Assembly: GCA_963743885.1 (NCBI GenBank)
Contig: CAVURJ010000001.1
Location: 12,949-76,948 of the forward strand
Length of the DNA stretch: 64,000 nt
Direction of reading: 5' to 3'
Source: Candidatus Moraniibacteriota bacterium
GTDB lineage: Bacteria; Patescibacteriota; Minisyncoccia; Moranbacterales; UBA1568
A program made the translations under genes and the position numbers. The notes under the pieces were generated by a model. That model did no database searches, was not told where the DNA came from, and saw nothing but the letters and a program-made list of their open reading frames with translations. Positions 48,993 through 59,800 of this stretch are shown here, piece by piece (positions within the stretch are counted from its first letter, which is position 1; every line of letters starts with the position of its first letter).

Positions 48993-49493
48993 CTACTCGG
49001 CTTTCTCTAAAGCCGGGACGATACCGAATTCCACGAGCGCGTCGTTCACGACCTTCACGAACGCGGCCTCCTGCATCGGGCAGCCATTCACTGCGGCATC
49101 CACCGTGATGATCTCATCGAGCCTCTTCGCTTTCTTCCCATAGTGGAACTTCTCCAGAAGGAAACTAATCTTCTTCTCCACTTCCTCGGGGAATTCGTTC
49201 CGCTGCGTGGAGAAATTGCCAGCCACGGCGCACGAGCCGATCGCGACCACCTTCTTCGCTAGGCGGCGGATCTCAAGCAATTTTTCTTCCTGATCCGGCG
49301 CGGCGATCGCCCCCTCGACGAACGCAACATCCATCTCATCCATCACATTCTTTGACTTGAGCACCTTGGCGTAGCGGATATCGAGAAGCGGCAGCCACTC
49401 CTGATAGTGGTCATTCAAGATCTCGGTAAACATGACCGTACTATCCTCGCAGCACGAGAACGAGAACCAGCCGATACGAAGCTTCTTGCCCAT
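48993..49493 (-). CDS. Short NiFe-hydrogenase small subunit
   Basis: FSCCEDS, DVAFVEGA, GSCA and GCP; 166 aa. Confidence 0.85.
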   Translation of the reverse strand: MGKKLRIGWFSFSCCEDSTVMFTEILNDHYQEWLPLLDIRYAKVLKSKNVMDEMDVAFVEGAIAAPDQEEKLLEIRRLAKKVVAIGSCAVAGNFSTQRNEFPEEVEKKISFLLEKFHYGKKAKRLDEIITVDAAVNGCPMQEAAFVKVVNDALVEFGIVPALEKAE

Positions 49494-49605
49494 AGATTCA
49501 AAAAAGAATTTATTATGCCTCCATTGTAACACAAAACCCCGCCTATCAGACGGGGTTTGTTCATTGCTCTTTGTTCACTGTTCCTTGCTCCCTGCTCACT
49601 GACCC

Positions 49606-51000
<1,395 letters not shown>

Positions 51001-51084
51001 AAGATTACTGACAAATATTCAGACGACGAAAGGCGGATGAAGACCCGCCGGATACCGTATCATAGCAGTTTTACCGGAAATCCG

Positions 51085-52896
51085 CTACTTCTCCGAGGAG
51101 ACTTTCACGAATTCCGCGAGCAGCCCCTTCTCTGCTTCCCGATCGCCAAGTTTCCTCGCCGCATAGATCGCCCGCTCGAGAGAGACAAGCTTTTCGCGCC
51201 GCGTCACCTCCCGCGTCAGATCCTCAAGGTACCGCTTGGCCATCGCCACCATGATACCGGACCGCTCTTCCTCTGGAGCGTTGGCCACCTCCGGCGTCTC
51301 AAGTGCTCGGAATGAGAGCCTCGCGGCATCCTGCTTCTTCGCCGTATCCTCAATGAGCGACAAGGGATCGCCTGCTCCAGCCTGGATAACGAAGAAAGAA
51401 AGCGGGTGCTGCCCTATCCATGTCTTCGTCTCCAGATCAGCAGATGGGTCATCGAGCACCGTCCGGACTAGCGGCTCCGCGATAGCGAGACCGATCAGCT
51501 CCTCGCGTAGAAGCTCCGAACGCTTGCCGAACACATGCGCATTCCTGATCGGATCCTCCACCTTCGCCGCCGGCTGATACGGAAGATCCCGACGTTGCTT
51601 CGCATCGAACGCAGCATTCACGACACCGATGACGATGCGCTCCTCCGTCCCAATCTCCCGGGCGAGCTCCTTGATCCAATGGGCGCGCTCGATCGGATTC
51701 TTCACAACCGCGAGAAACCCCGCATACTCATCGACGATCTTGCGCTTGCCTTCCGGCGTCGTCCGATCATGTAAAGCGAGGACAGCATCGAGAAAATACC
51801 GAGGCGCCGGCACCGATGCTGCTACCGACTCCCGGAGCTTCTCCGGACTTTCCTTGCCCATATCCGCTGCGTCCTTGCCCGAAGGAATAGCGACGAGAGT
51901 CACCGACATTTCCTTTTCTAGAGCCGCTTCCGCGCTCTTGCGGGCCGCCTTCTGACCGGCACCGTCCATATCGAAGAAAAGCTTGAGATCGTTACCATAG
52001 CGCTTCATGAGCGTGAGCTGCTCATCAGTGAGCGCCGTCCCGGATACCGCTACGGTATTGCCGATCCCAGCCTGGTGCATCGCGATGACATCCATATTCC
52101 CCTCGACGATCACTGCTCCACCTGCCTGCTTCATCGCCTGCTTGGCCAGATACAGTCCATAGAGCGCCCGGCTCTTGTGATACACCGCCGTCTCGGGAGT
52201 ATTGATATACTTGGCCTGCGATTCATCTCCTCCCGGCGCCACGCGTGCCGAATAGCCGATCACCCGGCCGAAGATATCGAGGATTGGAAACATGATGCGG
52301 TCACGAAAACGGTCATACTGTCCGTTACCACCTTCTTTCTTGATCGCCATGCCGGCATGCTCGATCTCATCCAGCCGATATCCCTTATCGACCAGAAACT
52401 CCAGCATGTGCCGCCAGCCGTCAGGCGCATAGCCAAGCCGGAACGTCTTGATACTCTCATCGGAAAGCCCGCGTCCACGGAGATACTCAAGGATCTTTCC
52501 CTTACCAGGCCCATCCCAGAGCTGCTTCTCATAGAACTTCGTCGCGAGCTCGAGCAGATCGAAGATACGGTCCTTCTCTTCCTTGTTCTCCTTGGCCGCA
52601 CCGCTGTTGTATTCTGGCAACTCCACGCCGGCACGCTCAGCGAGCATCCGGAGCGCCTCCTTGAACTCGAGTCCTTCGATCTCCATCACAAACGCGAAGA
52701 CATCGCCACCCTTGCCGCAGCCGAAGCAGTGCCACATGTTCTTCTCCTCGTTCACCATGAAAGACGGCGTCCGCTCCTGATGGAACGGGCAACAAGCCTT
52801 CCAGTGCACCCCGGACTTCGTGAGCTGGACGTACGATCCGATGAGCTCGACGATATTGAGACGCGCCTTGATTTCGTCTGTAGTTCCCGCACTCAT
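51085..52896 (-). CDS. dnaG: DNA primase
   Basis: CPFH...CFGC Zn finger, DRFRDRIMFPI, KYINTPET, VEGNMDVI and FDMD.AG. Confidence 0.97.
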   Translation of the reverse strand: MSAGTTDEIKARLNIVELIGSYVQLTKSGVHWKACCPFHQERTPSFMVNEEKNMWHCFGCGKGGDVFAFVMEIEGLEFKEALRMLAERAGVELPEYNSGAAKENKEEKDRIFDLLELATKFYEKQLWDGPGKGKILEYLRGRGLSDESIKTFRLGYAPDGWRHMLEFLVDKGYRLDEIEHAGMAIKKEGGNGQYDRFRDRIMFPILDIFGRVIGYSARVAPGGDESQAKYINTPETAVYHKSRALYGLYLAKQAMKQAGGAVIVEGNMDVIAMHQAGIGNTVAVSGTALTDEQLTLMKRYGNDLKLFFDMDGAGQKAARKSAEAALEKEMSVTLVAIPSGKDAADMGKESPEKLRESVAASVPAPRYFLDAVLALHDRTTPEGKRKIVDEYAGFLAVVKNPIERAHWIKELAREIGTEERIVIGVVNAAFDAKQRRDLPYQPAAKVEDPIRNAHVFGKRSELLREELIGLAIAEPLVRTVLDDPSADLETKTWIGQHPLSFFVIQAGAGDPLSLIEDTAKKQDAARLSFRALETPEVANAPEEERSGIMVAMAKRYLEDLTREVTRREKLVSLERAIYAARKLGDREAEKGLLAEFVKVSSEK

Positions 52897-53042
52897 ATAC
52901 TCCCGTGAAGCAATATTGGATTCTTTCCCTTAGAGTAGCGCTAAATGGCTCTAAAAAGCAAGAAAAAACATCTCTTTAATAGAAATAGGGAAGAAAAACC
53001 CTTACCATACCATTTTCCGACTCTCTTAATCCTCTTTTTATT

Positions 53043-53080
53043 TGTACATATTTTACTACGACCGTAGTAAAATATGTACA
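53043..53080. repeat. 38-bp palindrome (downstream flank of the PaaX/Cas2-like gene)
   Basis: TGTACATATTTTACTACG-AC-CGTAGTAAAATATGTACA, perfect 18-bp arms. Confidence 0.95.
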
Positions 53081-53127
53081 CGAGCAAAGACAAGAAAACG
53101 AGAGTCGTAACAAGAAATCATCGGCAA

Positions 53128-53808
53128 CTACTTGAGACCGAACTCCTTCTTAAGCCAGTCATTATTCTCTATCTCCCCTGCCACGATATAGACAAGCTCT
53201 TTCCCCATCTTGTACTGAGCCTTGAGCAGCGCTATGACCCGCTCACACTCATACGGATACACCCACACGCTCTCCTGAAGCTTCACAAAACCAAATGAGC
53301 GCATATCCTCACGAGCATGATCCCTGAGGTGCCGCTTCTTCTCTTCAATATCAAAAATAACTATCCGCCATTTCCCATCCCAGCGCCAACGCTTGAGCGA
53401 TCGCTCTTTCAGCTGATACCGAAGCAATTCTTGCCGACCCTTTTCTGTCAGCCGAACCACTGTTTCACCATCTCTTAGAAAGATAGTCACCATCCCTCGA
53501 CGAGCAAGGCGTTTCACGGCTTCTCGAGCGAAAGCCTCAGAATAATAGCGCCGATGAAGCTTTTTCCCGCGCTTCTCAAATATTTTCACTGCCTGCACGA
53601 TATTCGGCGCTGCAAGTGCAATCGTCATCAAACCAGCAACTGCCACAGCCCCAAGCAAAGCCGACCCTACAAGACCATACGGGAGACGCTCCTTCTTTTC
53701 CTGCTTTCTTATCGATTTTCCCTGCCGATTCTTACTATCATCCGAAGTCGACTTTTCACTTTTCGAACCAGTTTTTTTCTTACCTGTTTCCATATGATTT
53801 ATTTTCAT
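53128..53808 (-). CDS. PaaX-like regulator with Cas2-like (ferredoxin-fold) domain
   Basis: wHTH (AVKRLARRGMV...RLTEKG), then WDGKWRIVIFDI.E.....RD..R....GF.KLQESVWVYPYEC; start at 53808 or 53793, below a TATAAT at 53825-53830. Confidence 0.82.
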   Translation of the reverse strand: MKINHMETGKKKTGSKSEKSTSDDSKNRQGKSIRKQEKKERLPYGLVGSALLGAVAVAGLMTIALAAPNIVQAVKIFEKRGKKLHRRYYSEAFAREAVKRLARRGMVTIFLRDGETVVRLTEKGRQELLRYQLKERSLKRWRWDGKWRIVIFDIEEKKRHLRDHAREDMRSFGFVKLQESVWVYPYECERVIALLKAQYKMGKELVYIVAGEIENNDWLKKEFGLK

Positions 53809-53855
53809 ACGTCTTATTTTTTGTATTATACTACCTCCTCGTGCCACCCATCTCT

Positions 53856-53895
53856 CTGTACACATTTTACTACGGTCGTAGTAAAATGTGTACAG
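53856..53895. repeat. 40-bp palindrome (upstream flank of the PaaX/Cas2-like gene)
   Basis: CTGTACACATTTTACTACG-GT-CGTAGTAAAATGTGTACAG, perfect 19-bp arms. Confidence 0.95.
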
Positions 53896-54136
53896 TACAG
53901 AAAAAAAACGGTGGGGTGGTATTACTGGTGAGAAATAGAGGGAATAGCACAACGAGAGGAAGATTTATACTTAGTGAATCTCCCACAGGCTTACGCTCAG
54001 TGGTTTTTTGATATTCAAACAGCATAGCTGTTTGCCACACTTAAGTGCGAAGTGCCCCCATCCAACGGGCTTACGCCCGGGGATTTGTACACACTATTAA
54101 GAAAATCTCCCGATAAAACGGGAGATTTTTGACTTA

Positions 54137-54229
54137 TTATGCCGCTCTTCCTGCCTGCTGGTAGGCATGGGATGCGGGATCCAGGTTTTCTTTCCGAATC
54201 TTTGGATCCTGGGTCGAGCCCGGGATGAC
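54137..54229. repeat. Degenerate REP doublet with a nested palindrome
   Basis: TGGATCCTGGGTCGAGCCCGGGATGAC matches 47601-47629; the left partner is interrupted by CCTGCCTGCTGGTAGGCA. Confidence 0.65.
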
Positions 54230-54247
54230 CATTCGACAGACTCATGG

Positions 54248-55036
54248 TCATTTATTCCCGACGATGACGAGGATATCGGTGCCGGGGTTCGCTTCGCCCT
54301 CAGGCAGCGTACCAACCATGCCGCCAAGGCTCTCAGCTATGCTCTTGGCCAGATCAGCATGCTTACCGGACAGGTCAATGACGAGATTCCCCTGGTAATC
54401 ATTCTTCGCGGCCTTCTCCTTCGCCACCACTTCGGTATCCGCAAACGCAGCCTTGATGTCGCTCTCAAGCGTGTTCGTTACCCCTACTTTCGTAGAACCA
54501 TTATAGAGAGCTACCGTTACATGCGTAACCTCGGAAGTCGCCTCAGAGGTACTCTGTTCCGACACCGGAGCGATAGGAGTAGTCTCGGTCGCAGGCGCAG
54601 ATGTTTGTGTTGGCTGTTGGCTATTGGCTACTCCCTGGTTCACATTGACCGTCGTCACATCGACGATCTTCTTCGTGCTCGGACGATAGAGGATTGCCCG
54701 ACCGCTATTGGTATAGATGAGCACCTTATCGCCATTCTCTGCCCGCTGGAAAAAAGGCTGCTCTGCGAGCTTCTCCCGATCGGTCACAGTCGCCAGGGTC
54801 GGAGTCTCCCCCGTCGGCAGTTCGAGCACATCCCCGATAGTCTTGGTCAGATTCGCTATCTCATCGCTCTCCGCAGCAGGCACGGCATGCTTGTACTGAT
54901 AGTAGAAGTATCCCGCAACACCGAAAGAAATCAGAAGGAGGAACACCAAAACAACGATGACCGGCAAAGCCCGGTTCGAATGCACGATGGCAACCGGCTC
55001 GGCTGCTATTGATTTTTGTTTCACTGCCCGAGGCAT
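54248..55036 (-). CDS. Membrane-anchored protein with LytR C-terminal-like domain
   Basis: TM, LP.GE.PT.ATV.D..KL..QPFF..A.NGD.VLIY domain and V.LYNGS...G...DILVIVG. Confidence 0.75.
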   Translation of the reverse strand: MPRAVKQKSIAAEPVAIVHSNRALPVIVVLVFLLLISFGVAGYFYYQYKHAVPAAESDEIANLTKTIGDVLELPTGETPTLATVTDREKLAEQPFFQRAENGDKVLIYTNSGRAILYRPSTKKIVDVTTVNVNQGVANSQQPTQTSAPATETTPIAPVSEQSTSEATSEVTHVTVALYNGSTKVGVTNTLESDIKAAFADTEVVAKEKAAKNDYQGNLVIDLSGKHADLAKSIAESLGGMVGTLPEGEANPGTDILVIVGNK

Positions 55037-55111
55037 TGTGTTTCCGTATGAATACTTCTTCTGCCATTATACTCCACCAGAGAAACAATCAGCAAGAGAA
55101 AAAGGGGTATG

Positions 55112-56113
55112 CTAGTACTGCTCATCAATCTTATCGTAGATGAACTTCGAGATATCAGCAATCGATTGCTTGAGCTCTTCCGTATTATGCCCACGTGTCA
55201 TGATACAGGCCAGATACGGATGGTCAGGAAAATACACAATGCCGCAGTCATGGAGCTGTCGCTCCACATTACCCGTCCCGGCCTCACCGAACTTGTGGGC
55301 TATAGCGACGTCAGATGGCACCCCAGCCACCAGCCCGTCATTAAAATCTGTCGATGCGAGAAGAGCGATCGCCTTCTCTGAATTTTCACGTGAAAGATAC
55401 GAGCTATTGAACAGTATGCGGAAGAATCCGGCATATTCCTTGACGGTCAGCTTGGCTTCCTGGTTCGCCAAAACATCGTCTCCGACACCGAGCATCGCGA
55501 AAAGCTCCTGTATCCTCTCAATCGGAAGATGGCTCGTCAGGATCCCAAGCGCCTGATTATCGGAATAGATAATCATCCGACGAATCAGCTCCTCCACCGT
55601 ATATGACTGTCCAGGAACTAGCTCTTCACGCGGCGTAATCGTCTGATTGATACCGAAGTCGCGCGGTCCGTTATATAATATTTCAGTCGCCAAAAGCCCC
55701 GGCTTGGATTCAGACCAACGATAATACACCATCATGACCGGCACCTTGAGAAGCGACGCTGGAAAGAATTCCCCTCCCTCGCCGACACCGAACGTCGGCC
55801 CGTTGTTCAGATCACGGAAATACACGGCTGCGCTGGAAAACGAGCTCTTCCCCTTCAGCGCCGAAACGAACTCCTCAAGCGCATCATGGAAGTTTTCCTT
55901 ACGGGCATCGATAGATCCCTCAGCTACCTCACACTCAAGCAACGGGTTGATATACTTATAATTACCAGCCTGCCTTACCTGCTTGGATGCGCTTTCCTTT
56001 TTCTCATATAGCCATCCGCTCATCGGATCGCTAGCAAAAAATCCACAAATAGCGCCTATAAAAAAAATCCCGAGCGCTATTAAAGAATGTCTACGATTCA
56101 CAATCATACTCAA
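55112..56113 (-). CDS. Class A beta-lactamase-like serine hydrolase
   Basis: SLLK (SxxK), SDN, HKFG and HDCGIV. Confidence 0.85.
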   Translation of the reverse strand: MSMIVNRRHSLIALGIFFIGAICGFFASDPMSGWLYEKKESASKQVRQAGNYKYINPLLECEVAEGSIDARKENFHDALEEFVSALKGKSSFSSAAVYFRDLNNGPTFGVGEGGEFFPASLLKVPVMMVYYRWSESKPGLLATEILYNGPRDFGINQTITPREELVPGQSYTVEELIRRMIIYSDNQALGILTSHLPIERIQELFAMLGVGDDVLANQEAKLTVKEYAGFFRILFNSSYLSRENSEKAIALLASTDFNDGLVAGVPSDVAIAHKFGEAGTGNVERQLHDCGIVYFPDHPYLACIMTRGHNTEELKQSIADISKFIYDKIDEQY

Positions 56114-56133
56114 ATCACGCCATCAAAAACCTT

Positions 56134-56718
56134 TTACCTCGAAACCGAAATCTCGCTCTCGACCTCCGGATTGCAAGCGCGGACAGTCACGATATTATTA
56201 CTGTCCAATTCTACCATATAACCCGTCCTCGCGGCATTTCCATCCCTCGGATCAAAAGGAATGTCTTTAAGGTATCTTGCCAAATCGGTGCTCAGATCAA
56301 GACAGCCATCCACATTCGATGTCGTGCACCCATGGATATCCGTAAATATACATCCCCCGGATTCCGTTCCAAGCTGTCGCCCTGGATTTTCAACTCCAGA
56401 AGGGAACTGCCCCTTATTATCGATAACGTATTGGGCGATTGCTGTTGATATCGACTCTATATCGGCATGACGTCTTGCATCCCGAGCATCCTGAAACCGC
56501 TTCAGTGGATCAAGCGCAACCACGACGACCGTCGCCAAAACAGCAATGATGCCGATGACGAGAAGGATCTCAATAAGAGTGAACCCCGAACGATTTTTCA
56601 TGAAGCTTGTCGTTACAGGAAGATTGTGAGGCGAAGCCGCTTCCGCGGCAGGATCTTGCCCGGGCAGTACACTCTCTCGAAAATCGTACGGGGTGAAGCC
56701 TTTTTGATTTTTTCGCAT
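56134..56718 (-). CDS. Type IV pilin-like protein with duplicated prepilin cleavage motif
   Basis: GFTLIEILLVIGIIAVLA N-methylation motif, ARDARR.AD, Cys residues and YL..IP.DP. Confidence 0.9.
   Translation of the reverse strand: MRKNQKGFTPYDFRESVLPGQDPAAEAASPHNLPVTTSFMKNRSGFTLIEILLVIGIIAVLATVVVVALDPLKRFQDARDARRHADIESISTAIAQYVIDNKGQFPSGVENPGRQLGTESGGCIFTDIHGCTTSNVDGCLDLSTDLARYLKDIPFDPRDGNAARTGYMVELDSNNIVTVRACNPEVESEISVSR
56584..56697. mobile_element. 114-bp in-frame hairpin insertion in the prepilin leader
   Basis: 14-bp terminal IR with 1 mismatch (56584-56597 / 56680-56693); GTGAA direct repeats 114 bp apart (56579, 56693). Confidence 0.75.
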
Positions 56719-56822
56719 ACAAAAACAGCAGAATCTACGCATAGGATAGCAGTTTTCCCGTTATTTTCCAAGAAAAACACGCTCGAGATGAGCGTGTTTC
56801 CAATATTCATCACACGGATACC

Positions 56823-59800
56823 TTACAGCGCGGGCTCTGCCGGCAAAACTTCGGTGGTGGCACCCACCTCGGTATTCGGCACCTCAACCGACGGGGCCGA
56901 TTCCTCAACGAATGGCGCCGGACCAGGGACGGTCGTATCCACAGCGGGCAGCGGCACTATCTGATCGGCTTCTTCGGTCTCCTTCTCTTCCTCAGAAACG
57001 CTCACATTTGCCTTCTTCACAGCGACAGCCACCCACGAGAACCGAAGATCGGCCGGGGCTTTCTGATTGAGGACGATCGTAAAGCCGTCCTTCCCCTTCT
57101 CCGTCACGATATACTTCATATCCGCCGCGAAGACCGTATCAAGATACTCTTGCTCCACGAGCGCAATATCCGCCCGGAGATCCTTGTCCGCCTCATCATC
57201 GAGAAGCGGCGAGACATCATTTGTCATGCTGACCGCGACGATCGGCTGCCGCTCATACGCCGTACCGAACGGCACACGAACCTTTCGCTCCCCCTTCTTG
57301 ATAACCGCAAATCCGGCCGTATCCGATCCGAAAGTCGGCGCCTGCTCAAAGGTCGTCTTGCCACTGAAGACGGCATCCCCGATGAAGGAGGCGAGCTTCG
57401 AGAAGACCGTCTCACCGGCGAATTCCGCATCTCCGCCGATCCGAAGTGCTCCCGCGACCGAAAGCTTGCCCAGGATGCTGCCGTCCATCTGGACGACGAA
57501 CGAATCGACAGACAGCTTCTTCATGGCGATAGAGAGCTGTTCCTTCACGACGCTTGCGGCTTCCGAAGAACCATTCTGGGCTCCCGCTGCCGCTTCCAGT
57601 CCGGCATACTTCTCTTCCAGGCTGCCGATCTGATCAGTGAAGATCTGGAGACCCTCGATCGAGTCCGCCTTGATACTCTTGGCAAAGATCTGGTCGGCAT
57701 AGAGCGTCGGGGTGATCACCTCGTCCGAAGCTGCCACGCGACCCGTGAAGATCTCCGACGGAGCCATATTTTTCTTCTCGTTCTCATCGCGGACCGTCTT
57801 CAGGAACGCTAGGATCTTCTCCTCCTTGGTCGGTTCTGCTGCTGCCAGACGGATACTTGCTGCATCACCGGCATCCAGCCCGCTCACAGCGGCATCCGCA
57901 GAAGCATCAGAAACGATGCCTGCCTGATCCAGAGATTCCTTTTGCTGCATCGCCAATTCGACCGGCATGCCGGAATAATCAGCCAGATTGACGAAAACCA
58001 TGGCCGTACCGCAAAGAGCATCTTCTCCCAGCCCATACTCTATCGGACACTGTGCGAAATCTCCAGGGACCGGATCATTCAAAACCTGTCCGATTACCCG
58101 TCCAGCCTGCGTCGCTCTCATGGCATAACCGGAAACAGTCGACGCCGTCAACCGCTCACCGGCAGCTGGCCAGCCATTTTGGTTGGTCACCTTGACAGGA
58201 ACCCGTCCGACAAGAGCGATAGGATAACTGTTTTCCGCCTCTGTGCCGAGAATGATGCCTGGCTGTGTCGCCACAACGCCGATCACATCGCGCTGGTATG
58301 CGCCAGTCGTCCGTTTTACCCCCGCATCAAGAGACGTGTCGACAGAGACCAGTTCTCCCGCTTCAAGCGATTCGTTAGAATAATATCTTTCTGCCAAGTC
58401 TGCCCCGCCCAACACTCCAGTATCCGGCGACGTGCCAAGAAGGCCATCGACGAGAAGCTCTTTCTGAATGGAATCAATATTCGTTATGATCTGGTCAATC
58501 GACTGGTCAAAACTCTCATCTTCACGACCGATCCAAACGCCGGCGAGAGAACCGAAGACGACAGCATCTTCAGCGACGCTGATCGAGGTAACATCATCGA
58601 AGTCCGTCCCCGTCCATTCCGTCCCGCCGTCATCGGTTTTTTCTGAATCGCCATGGAAAACATCAGTGATATACCCGCTGCCATACCCTTGGAAGACGCT
58701 GACGCCGCCGCCATCGGCCCCATCGCTCGTTCCGACATACCTCTCTCGCATTTTCCCTAGGAAATTCGTGTCCGTAACCGCGACTGAAGTCACCGTATTA
58801 CTCGAACCATACAACTGCTCCGGAATTATCTCGAAGTCAGATGTTGTATCTGGTGTTGTAGAAAACGCCGGCGAAACAGTCAGTGTCGTAGCTGTATTGC
58901 CTGTTACCCGCCTCGTTTGACCGACACCGGTATCACTCGTGATTTCAACTATGGAGCCAGCGAACTGATTCAATACCCAAGCCTCCCCGGAATCGCCGAT
59001 TGTCGTCGAGGTAGCAGTTGTCGCATCCGTAACACGCACCGAGCTATGCCGAAGCGCCTGGACTCCATCATTATACATACGACGCGCCTGGGCCTGCGTA
59101 AGCGTATCAGACGTTGTGGCACCGCCGCCTGCAAAGTAGACATCATCAATCTGTCCGTCCCAGAAGTTTCCGCCAGCTGCACCAGATCCGTCAGCTCCTA
59201 TCGTAAGGATGTTTCCGGAAAGCGTCGCAGTTGCAGCCAGCGTAGTATCACAGGCCACTGCCAATCGCCCATCAATATAGAGACAGAGCGCGGCATCGGT
59301 GTTTACCGCCGTGACGTTGTGCCATTGATTGTCATTGTACGCTAGCGTCGAAGTCACCGAGTCATCGTATGCGGCTGTCGCAGCTGTATCCTGAATACCG
59401 AAGATGATGTTGCCCGTAGAACTCATTTCAATGGTGTAGCCGATGCCCTCTGCACCGCCCAACGTCGGGTAGCGCTTATCAACCAGGACATCGGTGCCCG
59501 CCATAGCCGTCGGATGCTTGAACCACAACGACACGTGGAACGAGATGGCGGCCGTATCAAAATCAGTATCCACATCGCAAGTACCATCATTGTTGGCGTC
59601 AGAACAGAGGAACTGCGAGGTACCATTGAAAGACAGTCCCGTCCCACGCACGCCATTCACGCCGTAGGTCGGTGCGACTTCCGGCTCCAGCACGCTGTTC
59701 CGAATGGTAGAGTCAACCAAATCACCGGTCGTCTCATTGAATGAAAACATCCCGCGTGGAGTTCCTGACATATACGGCGTGATGCGGTTCGTATCATAAA

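Noticed and set aside
53128-53808. CRISPR-Cas locus implied by the Cas2-like domain
   Set aside because: No cas1, effector gene or repeat-spacer array; there are only two palindromes, ~780 bp apart with a gene between them.
55112-56113. Functional beta-lactam resistance gene
   Set aside because: SxxK and SDN are present, but KTG is KFG and no clear omega-loop ExxLN is seen; only the serine hydrolase fold is supported.
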